Shown here: piece by piece, positions 26,701-41,700 of the stretch
How the letters are laid out: every line of letters begins with the position of its first letter
Position numbering within the stretch: the first letter of the stretch is position 1
Assembly: GCA_964035545.1 (NCBI GenBank)
Contig: OZ037765.1
Location: 34,037,504-34,101,503, forward strand
Direction of reading: 5' to 3'
Length of the DNA stretch: 64,000 bases
Source: Bugula neritina
Lineage: Eukaryota > Animalia > Bryozoa
The notes under the pieces: model-generated
Told to the model about the DNA's origin: nothing
Database searches by the model: none
Seen by the model: the letters and a program-made list of their open reading frames with translations, nothing else
Program-made: the position numbers and the translations under genes

Positions 26701-29700
26701 GTGAGAAATGGGCCAGTGAGAAATGGTCCAGTGAGAAATGGTCCAGTGAGAAATGGGCCAGTGAGAAATGGTCCCATTCACTACTAGTAAGTTACTAACT
26801 GGGTTTACTGAATGAGCAAATGACAGGGTAAACCTGATAAAACATGACGTGTGAAGTGAGTGATAGGGTGTTGTAACAATACAAATATTTATTTTATAGC
26901 CGTACAGCCTAACTCACTGACCACTAACCTTATTAAACCAGCCACCAATCAAACTAATCTGTAACTCTTTTTTGTCAACTTGACTTGACCCCTAATCAAA
27001 ACCCATACAACTGCCAATACATTATGATTCTGGGCCAAACCACTCCTTACTCAAAGCAAAACCAACCCACCACAGCCTAGCTTGGTAAATATTTGGATAA
27101 ATAAATGTTTACCTAGATATCCACCTAGCTGATGGGTCTTGGCTGACACCAGTTCAAAAGTGGCTGCAATATTATTTTAAAATCAAGAGAATAAATGCAG
27201 GAGTTTGAGTGACCAAGCTGCCATCTTGTGCAAGCTAGCAGCACTTTGGCCAACACAGCACAGGTTCATAAGCTACTCTGTACTGCGTATGGCCAGTGGA
27301 ATATGTATTATTCTCAATCACAGTGTAGGCTAAATGCTCTGCAATATCTAATAGTTTATTTCCAAACAAGGTAAATAAGTTAGTCTTTTACCGAGTGAAG
27401 ATTTCGACCAAAACTGTCCTCAACTGTGAAGGTGTTAGCTAGGATATCATTTTAAACACTTTCAACATAAAATATACTGCATTATCAGGTCTCTCAGTCT
27501 ATAAATAACTGAATGATGCCGAGGAGATAATTCCAACATCATATTTGCTGCCTATGCAAACCAAGAAAACATGAAAGCTTGAGAAAATTTTAAATATTTT
27601 GACAAGTTGAATGAGTATAGCAGATGTGGGGGGAGTGACTGGCACCTCAACCACAGTGACTATAATCCTGAGGCTATACTCTACCTATACTGAGAGAGAG
27701 CTGAGAAATGTTTCAACAGTTGAATAGAGGTGAGAATTCCTGCACTCTATTATCCCAATACTAAACTTAAGCTAGTATATTATTATTTAATCTTCAGGGT
27801 TATGATATTAAATGAATCAGAATTATATTTATGTAGATGTAAAGAGGATTAGATCAGACTTAACTTAGACCTGTGAATGGCAGTGAGCTGGACACGCATA
27901 GCAAATGAAATCACCAAATAGCCTCGGCCCTTTACCTGCCCCGTCTCAACTATTAGTAAGGAGTGTTGACTACAGCTCAAAGCTATACTCTGCTTAAAAA
28001 CTCTGAGCAAAAATAGAACGAAGTATTCGTGACACTCAAGTGACAGCTGCTACAGTATATAAATAATGAACATGGTTATTCAGTAGATGGGGCCTAGCAC
28101 CTACAAACCTAGCACCTACAAACCTAGCACCTGCAAACCCAGCACCTACAAACCCAGCACCTACAAACCCAGCACCTACAAACCCAGCACCTACAAACCT
28201 AGCACCTGCAAACCCAGCACCTGCAAACCCAGCACCTACAAACCCAGCACCTACAAACCCAGCACCTACAAACCCAGCACCTACAAACCCAGCACCTACA
28301 AACCCAGCACCTACAAACCCAGCACCTACAAACCCAGCACCTACAAACCCAGCACCTACAAACCCAGCACCTACAAACCCAGCACCTACAAACCCAGCAC
28401 CTACAAACCTAGCACCTACAAACCTAGCACCTACAAACCTAGCACCTACAAACCTAGCACCTACAAACCTAGCACCTACAAACCTAGCACCTACAAACCT
28501 AGCACCTACAAACCTAGCACCTACAAACCTAGCACCTACAAACCTAGCACCTACAAACCTAGCACCTACAAACCCCCCAACTGGTTGGGATTGTGTTGCT
28601 GAGACAATGCTGGTCATAAGGAGAGGAGGTTGACCAGATGAGGTGATAAGACACTGACCATAGTCCAAAACAACCTGCTGAGGCTTGCACTGGGGCTACT
28701 AACACAGCTGTCTCCACTCTACAGGGACATTTGTGTTGCCCTCAAGTGTGTAGAAACTGCTTACCTAGACAACTCAACTCTCCCTGTTTCAGCTAGTCCA
28801 ATTCTGGGGGTCAACTATCGGCTGTAGAATTCCAAGGGCCACAATCTAACAGATTTACCAACTAAAGCGTGAAGGTATGTCTTCACGCCAAAATATCTCC
28901 AAATTAAAGCAAGTTATTAATAATAAGTTGCATCCACATAAGGCAAGAGTCTAGAGATATGTGTTGTATAACTAATATATACACTCATCTCTCCGCAGTT
29001 AATACCTGTATACCGAATCATTTGAATTCATTATTAATTGCAATTTTTCTTTAGCTAAGAATTCGCTGGTAGCTTGCAGCTGATGGCGGTACCCTGCTCT
29101 ACCATGCCAACACAAGAAATCAAACACCAATAGTAAAAAAAATAGCTGCCAACTGTACAAGTGATCGGAGAAACTGCTGGGTATATACAATATATCGTAT
29201 GCCAAACTATTGTCCGTACCAAACTTTAGTCATTACTCATTAATATTCATAACTTGTGAGAGTTGGCTGTGAGGTAGTGAAAAACTGTTTCCCCACTTCT
29301 GTGCTGACTTTGTTAGTATTATACAGTCAGCTAGCGCACAGTTATTGTTACAGTCACACTGCCACAGCTACACTGTCACAGCTACAGTCACACAGCTACA
29401 GTCACACTGTCACAGCTACATGAATAGTGGTTTAAACAACGGCCATAAGAATTGTGAAAACTGCACTAAAGTCGTCTTGAGTTTTGCACAGTCATACATA
29501 GTAATACTAAAACTAGCAGTCTCAGAGCTGGTAGTATTGGCAGTATATAGCACTATAACTATCAGTATCTGGTAGGAGTAGTGACAGTGGTGGTATTGCT
29601 AATACTGCTAGTAGGCCAGTAGTAGCAGCAGTTGCTATAAGTATAACTAGCAGTAGTACAACTACATGTGGTTGTAGTGATTGAGACTATAAGACTAAGT

Positions 29701-32700
29701 TTTAGTTTAAGTAGCAAGATATATATCTAACTAGTTAAAAGATACATCAATACTCACAGTTACTGAGTTGGTGTTACTGAATAATCCGGGTGATTTAAGA
29801 TAATAGTACTACTGCTAAGTCCAAGAGTAAAAGCTAGTACGTCTACACAACCACGACCAACGACGGTAGATGAATTATTGCTGCAGATTCAAGCAGTTCA
29901 GTGTTAATCCAATGAGTAGGTTCCTCTGGTGCAGCTGCGCCTGCTGAAGTTACAGCCACGATATTGTGGCGCGGGGTGCACGAGCGAGCTGAATGGGGCT
30001 AGTTACTGCGATTAGCTTGCAATGGGAGTACTGAGTGTTGCTACAACTAGTCAACCAGTACCCGCACACCGATATGATGGACACAATCACAGGACTAATC
30101 AACCGTAACGCGTAGAGAGGATGACTCCAGACGAGTGCACGACGCAACGCTAGCTCGGTGTACCATCTCCGTTATACGAGTACTGTAAGTGGCAGTTGTA
30201 TGTACAGCCATTTTGGTTAATTGCTGCAACCTCCAGCTATAATAAAGACATTATGGTTGATTATTCGAGCATTGCTAAAGCGCAGCTGTTGGGTTATTGC
30301 GTACTTAACTCAGTAATGTTGTTTTTACTCGCCGTATGCATAAGCTGGTGTGGGCAACTTAAAAATAAAGTAATACGTAATTAAACTGGCTGGTACAGAG
30401 AGGAAATAAGATTTGTAGTTACAAACATGTTCTAATAAGTACTATGCACCTATCAGCTTTGTTTGTTAGGACCAACCACATGATATATTAGTTTGCAGTT
30501 TCAATCAGCTGTTAAACCAAAACATGCTCAGTATAACCAATACAGATAGGCTCAAGTTTGAAACATAAGCAGTCTTCTAGTGCCAATGTACCCTAGGTAT
30601 CTGCCAAATATAACAAATATCCGCTTCCACGAACCTCTCAGACCAGGAAACTATCCAACACAACTGCTCTAGCACCAGTGAGACCAATACCTGCGTGTAG
30701 AAGTGTAGAAGTGTAGAAGTGTAGAAGTGTAGAAGTGTAGAAGTGCAGAAGTGTAGAAGTGAAGAAGTGTAGAAGTGTAGAAGTGTAGAAGTGTAGAAGT
30801 GAAGAAGTGTAGAAGTGCAGAAGTGCAGAAGTGCAGAAGTAGCGTATAGCACAAAGCTGAGATAGGTTTATCCAGCAGTGTTACCATGCAATGTTTTTAT
30901 ATCAAAAGTACAGAATAGCTCTTTATTACTGCCCTGTATTTCCTATCTATCACTAAACTATTATGTTAATGACATGCACACAATGCCCTGGAGATGGCAT
31001 GCTATAGCACAATATTACTACTCTTACTTCCCATAACCATAAAGCATCATTATTTATGCCTACAAGCATGAAGAGTGCTCATATAAAGATACTTCTACTA
31101 AACATATTCAAATGGCTAGTTGATTGCAAGCTTTAGAAGATTATAGGATGTGCTTCTCTATTTACTCCTGAGTTTAGATAATTCCCAGGCTTGTAATGAG
31201 TCATTGCAACGGCTACTGTCACTATATGAGGCCGTAGATCTATTGTACAATGGAATGGACAAAGCTGTGTACCAGCATGCCACGCCCCCATCTCCATATT
31301 GAACATGTACAACTAAGTTGTGCAGTTTACTCTCTCAATTTCTACCTAGCTAAGCAGCTTCCATTAGAGATATTTTGTGATATATTCTAAGCTACTTAGC
31401 GGTACTGGGTTGCCATACCACAGAGGAATGTGTTAAACTGGTCATTGACTCCTAGTAGCCATAGTAGTTGTATGTTGAGTAACTCTGTACACTTCCTGTG
31501 TACTTTATACTATCCTATGGGAAGTGGCTACCAATACTTTACTACAGCACCACGGGGTTACTAGAGAAGTTATGTATGTGTAGTATTTGTACTCTGGAGT
31601 ATCAGTGCTATGAGGACTAGTACTTACACTAGGAAGTAGTACTATTACTTGTAGTACTATTACTTGTAGTACTATTACTTGTAGTACTATCACTTTTAGT
31701 ACTAATACTTGCAGTACCATAACCTGTAGTACTAATAGTGGCAAGAATAAACTCCCACAAATACTTGGGAAGCAGTATAATACAAAACAGAAATTTTGTT
31801 ATGCAGAATCACTATTTTTTGCAATGCAGTTAATAAGTAACACAACTAAATGAAACAGAAATAGAGAAACAAATAGCGCTGTATAATATGTAGTCCTGAC
31901 GTACTGAATAGGACACAGTGTCTCTTTGAGGCTTCTACTAACTCAGGTAGAATTATAGTCACATGACTCTTGGCCTTCACCCATTACTTACAGGTTCTAA
32001 CTTGTATGGATTAACATGTATGGACAACTCCCGTGTGTACAATTTTATTATAATTGGAAACAGTTACAGGAGAAAGAATAGGCGTTACTGTTCAATAGCT
32101 CAGCAAATATGGATGTGGAAATATAGATAGCTGTTTTATTGTATTTTGAGTAGCTAGGCTGACAAATACACTATAATGAGAGCGAGTTATACAATAATAA
32201 TATACTAGGAGATAGTGGTAATGTCAAACACTACGCTAGCATCTTACAAACTTGCTGTTTTATTGAACGAGTATATGGAAATAACTTGGAGGTGTTAGCT
32301 TCGTTACTATGAATAGAACACTAATATAATACACTTATTAACTGTTGAAATGCCCAGATTATGATATGGTCAGTTGCTTTAATCCATTTATATAAAGTAA
32401 CCTGCTAGGCAGCTCACACCTCTAATAGTATAATAAATATACAGTGTGATATCGGTATAATACACTGTACTTGCTGCAGTAATACATTGTACTAGCTGCA
32501 GTAATACATTGTACTTGCTGCAGTAATACATTGTACTAGCTGCAGTAATACATTGTACTAGCTGCAGTAATACATTGTACTTGCTGCAGTAATACATTGT
32601 ACTAGCTGCAGTAATACAATGTACTAGCTGCAGTAATACATTGTACTTGCTGCAGTAATACATTGTACTTGCTGCAGTAATACAATATAATAGTAGTAGT

Positions 32701-35700
32701 ACAATGTTTTAGTCAGAGAAATTATACTAGACAAAGTGTCAGCTAGTAGAGAGGGTGTCAGCTAGTAGAGAGGGTGTCAGCTAGTAGACAGGGTATCAGC
32801 TAGTAGACAGGGTGTCAGCTAGTAGACAGGGTATCAGCTAGTAGACAAGGTATCAGCTAATAGACAAGGTATCAGCTAGTAGACAGGGTATCAGCTAGTA
32901 GACAAGGTATCAGCTAGTAGACAGGGTGTCAGCTAGTAGACAGGGTATCAGCTAGTAGACAAGGTATCAGCTAATAGACAAGGTATCAGCTAGTAGACAG
33001 GGTATCAGCTAGTAGACAAGGTATCAGCTAGTAGACAAGGTGTCAGCTAGTAGACAAGGTATCAGGTAGTAGACAAGGTGTCAGCTAGTAGACAAGGTAT
33101 CAGCTAGTAGACAGTGTGTCAGCTAGTAGAGAGGGTGTCAGCTAGTAGACAGTGTGTCAGCTAGTAGAGAGGGTATCAGCTAATAGACAGGGTATCAGCT
33201 AGTAGACAGGGTGTCAGCTAGTAGACAAGGTGTCAGCTAGTAGACAGGGTGTCAGCTAATAGACAAGGTGTCAGCTACCACACAAGGTGTCAGCTAGTAG
33301 AGAGAGAGTAGAAAGAGTAGAGAGATATGCGAGGTATATATCATGCATACATGGTTTATCCATGAGCAATACTCTATGCTATAGGATTGTCAGACTGTTG
33401 GCAGACCTAGTGATTTATACACATCATTCCCTTCATCTCTTGACAAGATAAACACACAGGAAGTGAGAAATTACAACTACCCTGTGAAAGTGTCAAGTGG
33501 TAACTAAAGTCTGCAGCAGTCACTGGATGTGATGGAACCCTGGAAGGGGCAGCTCCAGTGTGCAGCTCTGAGTCATTGTACCAGCAGCATTCTAACATGG
33601 TGACATCATTCTAACATAGCAGCAGCATTCTAACATGGTGACATTGTCCAGCATGGTGACTTGTCCAATGCTCTTCAATGGTCAACTGAAGGTGCAGTTT
33701 TAAAGCAAAATCAGATTGAGGAGGGAACTAAGTCACAACTACTTGTATTTTACATTCTGAAAACAATTTCTATGTTATTCCAAGAGATGATTTCATTCCA
33801 AACCTGAAAAAACTAGTCAAAACCATTAACTGGTTCCACCAACCAATTCATTCATGATTCAAAAGACAGGATCTCCTCTTACACTACAGAGAGTACCACA
33901 CACACTACATACAGTACCACACACACACACTACAGAGAGTACCACACACACTACAGAGAGTACCACACACTACATGTATACAGTACCACACACCCTACAG
34001 AGAGTACCACACACACTACATAGAGTACCACACACACTACAGAGAGTAACACACACTACAGAAAGGATATACGGGGAGGAAACTGCGTCAGAATGACAAG
34101 CCATGAGTTCCACGACAATAGAACAGATGTTAGCTGGCGTGGAGCCAGTGGGTACAGATTCACTGGAGACTTAGATCTCCCACCTTACCCCCCCCCTCAC
34201 CCTCCCATCTTACCCTCCCCCCTTTCCGCCAGGTACTGTGTGGAGGATGCCTACAGCTGCTTCTCCAAAAGCACATTGACCAGCTAAAAATAGCCTATCT
34301 AACTACAAACAGTATGTAACCCTGCAACAGCATTCTAACCAAAGGCCTCTGTACATCTCCTGGTGAGTAGTATGGTAGCATAACTCTGAGATGTTGGTCA
34401 ACAAGTGTTGGTCAACATGTGTTGGTCACTGCTATGGCAGTCAAATCAACTCGTGTGTGAAATGGCAAGGAATAACCTAACCATTTGGCACAGAGTCAAC
34501 AGATCAAGAGTAGCTGTGTCATTATGCATATCATTACAGCCCATTAACAAACCAAACATGTCTTATCTGAGTATTTTTCACTCATGCTCATTTCTATTTT
34601 TAAGTAGGCTCTATCATTTGTTGATGTAAATAATGTCTGTATAGACAGCTAAATATAGGCAACAAATGTTGGGCCATTCACTGGTGGCTGAGTTTGTCTC
34701 CATAATTAAAGTGTGACTAGGCAGAACCGAGATATATATGTAAATGTGTCGCACATATATTGCACATAACAAACCTACCCAGACATATTGCCCTAAACAC
34801 ATCTACCCAGACGTATTGCCACAGACATATTGCCCCATTTGGCATCAATTGCTAGCGATAAAACTCCAACAGAACGAATCAGCATTACTTTAGAGTCTTA
34901 CCTGCATCTATGTGTGTCTGAAACCGAGGAATATCCTGTGAACATATAAAATCTGTAAACTTCTTCCCCACAAAGTAGTCCGTCTGCACAGGAAGTTGAC
35001 TAAAAAAGAGAAGTAGTGGTAATTGAAAAGGTTACTTTAGCAACAGTAGCAGAAGATAGTAACAGAAGACAGTAGCAGAAGACAGTAACAGAAGATAGTA
35101 GCAGAAGATAGTAACAGAAGACAGTAGCAGAAGACAGTAACAGAAGATAGTAGCAGAAGATAGTAGCAGAAGACAGTAGCAGAAGATAGTAGCAGAAGAT
35201 AGTAGCAGAAGATAGTAGCAGAAGATAGTAACAGAAAAGAGTAACAGAAGAGAGTAACAGAAGAGAGTAACAGAAGATAGTAACAGAAGAGAGTAACAGA
35301 AGATAGTAACAGAAGATAGTAACAGAACAGAGTAACAGAAGATAGTAACAGAAGATAGTAACAGAAGATAGTAACAGAAGGCAGCAACAGAAGATAGTAA
35401 CAGAAGAAGGTTGGATAGCAAACAGTGGTGAAAGGCAACATGTACTTTAGGCTGCTGGCTTGTTATTCTGCAATAAATTACCAAGTTTAATTAGTATCAA
35501 AGAGTATCAAATTTATGATGACTAATTTGGTGACAAATTTGGCATAGGCATTTGCAGTGGATTCAAGAATCGCCCCCTAACGAAATCACAACTCAAATTT
35601 AGCATCATAAATCTAAATGAATTGAAAAAAAAGAGAACATTGGATTCCTGTTTGACACTTGAAAAGTACTTTCAAAGCCAACTGATGATGTGTAAAACAG

Positions 35701-38700
35701 ACAGGTTGAGGGCGTTAACCCAGGGGGAAGTGATAGGTGTCTGCATTAATGTTCCCATCAAAAGTGCCATCTGTTCTAGCCTGCAGCCCATGACATCTGC
35801 ACTTTTAGAAGAAGTGACTGGAAACTCAACTGATACAACAAGCTGGTAGTCTAATTCAATGTCAATTAAAGTACACAAAATAAAAGATTCAGGTTGTAAA
35901 CTATTACTAATAACTTAGAGGACATCTGGGAGAGGTCAGCTACCTGACATCAGATGAAATGACCATCCAATCCGTGGTGGAGGTCGTCTCAAACACCACA
36001 GTGTTTGGTTGAAAGGTTTGGTTCCCGCCACCCAGAAGTAGATTGGTAGATCTTTTGACTCTGTGAGTAGAGCCAGAGTAGAGAGCTATCGGGTCCTTAA
36101 CTCTCTGCGCCACGCATATCAAATACATCTTGGATCCTGGAGGAAGGAAAGTGAGTTGTGAGGACGTAACAGTCATTTTGGCAGAGTCATTCTTATTCAA
36201 TGCTCATCCATAACAATTAATGTCCAGAAACAACAAGACAGATGTAGAACATATATTAGAAGAGAGGAAGCAATTGCAGAGGGGGGAGCAACTTTATCAT
36301 GGACTGGTGTTTAACTTAAGTATCTGACATTGTCTCTGTACAGAATAAGTGTCCCTTCAAACAGACATGACTCTACAAGCTATGAGTTCACTTCAAACAC
36401 CACAAACTACTTCAGTATTTTAGAACCTTCTATGCAATTCTTTACGTCTGTATCAAATTAAGGCTCTTTTCACGCTAAAACTTATAAGAGCTGAAATATT
36501 TTCTGCTTTCAGGAGAAGACTACAAACCTGGTGAGCAGCGGCTGTGCTCGTTGTCCAGGTAATATGGCCGACTCGATATCATGACGTGGACATCCCGCTT
36601 CTTCTCTCCTCCACCTAAACATTACTGGAGCATTACTATGATATTACCACTGCATTACCACTGCATTACTAATACATTACCACTACATTACTATGACATT
36701 ATCATTGCATTAATATGACATTACCACTGCATTACCACTGCATTACTAATACATTACTACTAAATTACTACTACATTACAATTACTTTCCAAGTAATAAT
36801 ATGATCACAGCACTACGCATACAAGCACTTTTGCTTCATTGTGTATACAGAGAAATTGACCTTAAAAAGTGAAAAACAGATAAAAAATTAAAAGCCTACA
36901 ACGTAAACCGAAGAATATGCTCCTCTTAAAAACAAGCAGAATATTGCATTTACAATATTAGTTTAAACTAATTTTGACTAGCTGTGTAGTTAGCCTATAC
37001 AAAGTGTAGTTGGGATACAGAGTGTAGCTAGTTGGGAGGTCAGTGTTTGAATACCAGCTGAATACCGGAATACATAAACTGACGGTCATGAATAAAACAC
37101 TCATAATTACACATTGTGTGTGGCATGGAATACAGAGGAATTTCTTCCAGTAACTTTAAATTCAGCAAAAAACTGAGTTTATTGTAATTTTAGAATAAGA
37201 CTACTCTAGACCTCTAGCCCATAGAATATATAAATGGCACTACAAAGTGCTTATGGGAAGCAATTAACAAAATGTAAAATATTTTGGGGCTGGAAACAGC
37301 AGAAAATCAAAAGTGTATTAACATATTTCACAGTTATCTCATGTTGCTTTGGCAATAATGTATTACATTAACTGCAACATTACTTTATACTGTACTATAT
37401 TAGACCTATATAGTATATACTATATACCTATGTAGTATATACTGTATAGGTATATACTAATATACTATATACTATATATAGTATATACTACATAGTACAT
37501 ACACTATATATATAATATAATACTTCACGCTATACACTACATATACTATACATTGTACTCAACATTATATCTTACATAATATATTATATAGGCCCTACTT
37601 TATACTATTCAATTTACTATATCATGTGAGAAATTAAAAAAAATATTCTCTAGAAAAATCAAGAAAATCCATTTTTGGCTAAAGTTAAATATTTGGTTTG
37701 CTTAAACAGGAATATTGTGTTGGGTTGTGTAGACGAAAAGATGGAAGCTAAGAATGCTGCTGTTTGGTAAGAGACGAAGTTGGTTGTATAAGCAGGTGTA
37801 ATGCTAAAAAGCAGTGCTTTTTATAAAAGACACAATAAAAGACCCACAATATATATAAGTGAGAACATTATAGTGGTAAGAAATTATTAAACGGCTTATT
37901 TTTCATCTTTCAAGAACTACAATATTTCTACGGAATTATGCTGGGTCCAGTATTTGTGAGTCACACAACGAGCTCTACAGAGTGTGATGAATCAGAGTTA
38001 AATAAGAGCAGCAGACACCTGCCAAACTGCAAAACAGCAACCAAATACACCACTTGGCTGGGAAGTACACCACTGGAGGGAAGTACACCACTGGGGGGAA
38101 GTACACCACTTAGGGGGAGGAATGAAAAATAATCTCTGTCCATTAGAGAACTTTGTGTTACAGTTAATACTACTAAAACTAAATTTTTAGACAATTCAAA
38201 CAGGTGCGATAGAACATATCTAGCATTTCCTGCCACGCTGCATATAGCCACACTTACTCATCACTATACACTATACTAGGAAGTTGATTAATGCTTGCAA
38301 ATCATAAGATGGAGAAGTGCCTAAAGGAAGCATTTATCATAGCTTCAACTTAGTTTAATCATTAATATTCAGCTTCAGTTACACAATAAATATAAATGTT
38401 CAAGTCAAACAAGAGACTGATTAATGTTGGAATAGATGGCCACTCTACTCTACTCTACATAGATATTATCCTTGGGATAGATTTATAAGGGTTTGAAATA
38501 AATATCGAGTCATTAATAAAGCTTAAAACCCGTAAAATATTTCCCTACAAGCTTTAAGGAAGTTTTCACATAGCTATCTTCACACTTATAAGTTAAAAAC
38601 ATTCAACTTGCAGGAAAATGTTTACTAGGAGCAGAAGCATAAGAGAACTTTTACAAAATAAATTTCAAAATCTATTTTTACCAACCATTTTTTGGAAAAA

Positions 38701-41700
38701 TTTATTTTTGCATTGTATTGCATCTATTACCTGCTGACCAGGGATGTAGTAATATTACCTGCATCTATTACCTGGTGACCAGGGATGTAGTAATATTACC
38801 AAAAAGGAAAGGAATGCAACTATGTGATTATGATACATAGAACTAAATATTTTATTATATTATGTCATATTATATAATGTTATAATAAACATTTTAATTT
38901 ATATACAAATATTTTCACTATATTTCACTTTATCTAAAAGTTTAAGTATCTTTGCATTACTCTGGGTTTCTTACGATGTAATATGATATGCTACATTACA
39001 ATAATTATATATTATATCATATCATATCATATGGTATCACTATATAGTACCATATGTGGGCATATCTAGCCACAATACCTGCGGGACACTGGTGCATACG
39101 ACATGGAAAGTGACTAGGCTTGGAAAACTTGCCAACTTCTCCCTTAGGATCTGAAATAACAAGACATTCTCACTTTGTGTTGTCATTAAATCATGCGATT
39201 ACTGGGTATTGTTGAAGGCATTTAAAATATAATTATATAGCTATAGCATTGTATAAGTAGAACATAATATAATGTATGACAATTCAATACGGCATATATT
39301 ATACCATTATATTATAATCATTATAACATTATTTAGTAATATATTATATCATTATGCAATAACCTGAAGCATACGTTGAATATTAAAATGTCTCTAGTGG
39401 TAATTTATTACTCACACAGATGCGGATTTGTATCTCAGTAGATGTGACAACTCCCATATGTCAACTAGCTAATAAATGTGACATAATGACAGGTATAAAT
39501 TATGTAAATATTCCACCTGATTTAAACCCACAAACCATCAACTCAAGTCAAATGATTGATTTCAGCCCAACAGATGAATTTATTACTTTATTTTCATCAC
39601 TTCCTACACTGTGTGATCAATAGCAACTTCTGACCTTACCTCTAACTTTTGCTGGCATTGCTGTAGCTGTTTGCTATTTGCTACCTGCTTTTGCTAGTTG
39701 CCACCTGCTTTCACTATTCGTTACTTGATATTGCTATTTGCTACCTGCTATTGCTATTTCCTACCGGGTTTTGCTATCAGCTACCTGATTTTGCTAGTTG
39801 CTACCTGACTTTGCTAAATTCTACCTGATTTTTCGATTTGCTATCTATTTTGCTAATTTTACTTAAGGTATGTACACTTTGTTATCTATCTTTTCTATCC
39901 AATATCTGTTTTTTCCATTTATTATTTCATTTTGCTACTTTCATTTACCATCCGTTACATCACCATTTCAAAATGCCCTCTAGTCGTTTTTCAAAAATTA
40001 CAGTGATAATCTAAGAACAGTTGCTCAGCTATGATTTCAGCAGCAAAAAATAGAATTAAATTTTTTCACTGAAGCAAGTTGAGAATTTCACTGGCGCACT
40101 TTGACATTGAGCCAGTATTACTCAGAATAATAATATTTGCATCGAGAAGCTGGGTGGCAGTTTGAATACACATTGTATTGAGATTCCTCACTCATCACGC
40201 AACTCTTAAATGTACATCAGAATTGGCAACTGTAACTCTATTAAAATTCTCACTAGATGAGGGAATGTGTCATGAGTTCTATAGTTATATAATAAATATA
40301 TACGAATAGTTTGGTAGTAACACTTCAAAGACTTGTATGATGTGCTATGCTAACTGTCAGGAAGGGTACCACTGTGGGCTACTAGACAGGAAAATTATGC
40401 GAATTAGATGATACTAAGAGATCAAAAAGAGAACCCTCTTTTCATCGGAAACCAAATTGTCGGAAGATTGTAGGTGAGCAAACCGCTTTGATGTTAATAT
40501 TTTGAATTAACAAATTGAAAGCCGCCATCCTATTTCAGAGAAATGTTTACGGATGTTTACGAAAAGAGTCAAAATAGAAATATTGCACAACGTCAATGTT
40601 CATCTCTACTGGACACTCACATCCATCATAAATCATAACTATATTTGCATTATTTCAACAACATCACGTAATAAATTATTATTTCATGCACAAAAAACCG
40701 TCATTGATTATGCAAATGGTCAGCATTTCGGTGTTTGCAGCCAAAAGAGGTAGGAAAACAATGAGAGAGTACTCGAGGGTTGAAAGGTCAACTAACAGCC
40801 ACTCGCAGCTTTAGTGTGATGTAACCGCAGACTAGATGTATAGTAAGTAAGTCATATTTCAGAGTTGTCCGCTCTAACACACTAAACTAATACTATGTTT
40901 AATATTAACCATGTGTTGGGTAACACTGCATAATCAACTGAGACATGGTGGTTGTGATATTATATACATATTGGAAGACACTGTGTAGTATAGATATAGC
41001 ACACTATTGTATTGTGTAGTATAGATATAACACACTATAGTATTGTGTAGTATAGATATAGCACAGTATTGTATTGTGTAGTATAGATATAACACACTAT
41101 TGTATTGTGTAGTATAGATATAGCACACTATAGTATTGTGTAGTATAGATATAGCACACTATTATATTGTGTAGTATAGATATAGCACACTATTGTATTG
41201 TGTAGTATAGATATAGCACACTATTATATTGTGTAGTATAGATATAGCACACTATTATATTGTGTAGTATAGATATAACACAGTATTGTATTGTGTAGTA
41301 TAGATATAGCACACTATTGTATTGTGTAGTATAGATATAGCACACTATTGTATTGTGTGGTATAGATATAACACACTATTGTATTGTGTAGTATAGATAT
41401 AGCACACTATTGTATTGTGTAGTATAGATATAACACACTATTGTATTGTGTAGTATAGATATAGCACACTATAGTATTGTGTAGTATAGATATAGCACAG
41501 TATTGTATTGTGTAGTATAGATATAGCACACTATTGTATTGTGTAGTATAGATATAGCACACTATTGTATTGTGTAGTATAAATATAGCACACTATTATA
41601 TTGTGTAGTATAGATATAACACAGTATTGTATTGTGTAGTATAGATATAGCACACTATTGTATTGTGTAGTATAAATATAGCACACTATTATATTGTGTA

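Noticed and set aside
28036-28668. YKPST / FVGAG repeat proteins resembling adhesive or structural proteins
   Set aside because: Near-identical 15-bp DNA units open on both strands with no signal peptide; best explained as an intronic minisatellite.
35622-35878. Short ORFs on both strands between the PAS-B exons
   Set aside because: The flanking exons join in phase without them and no motif was recognised.
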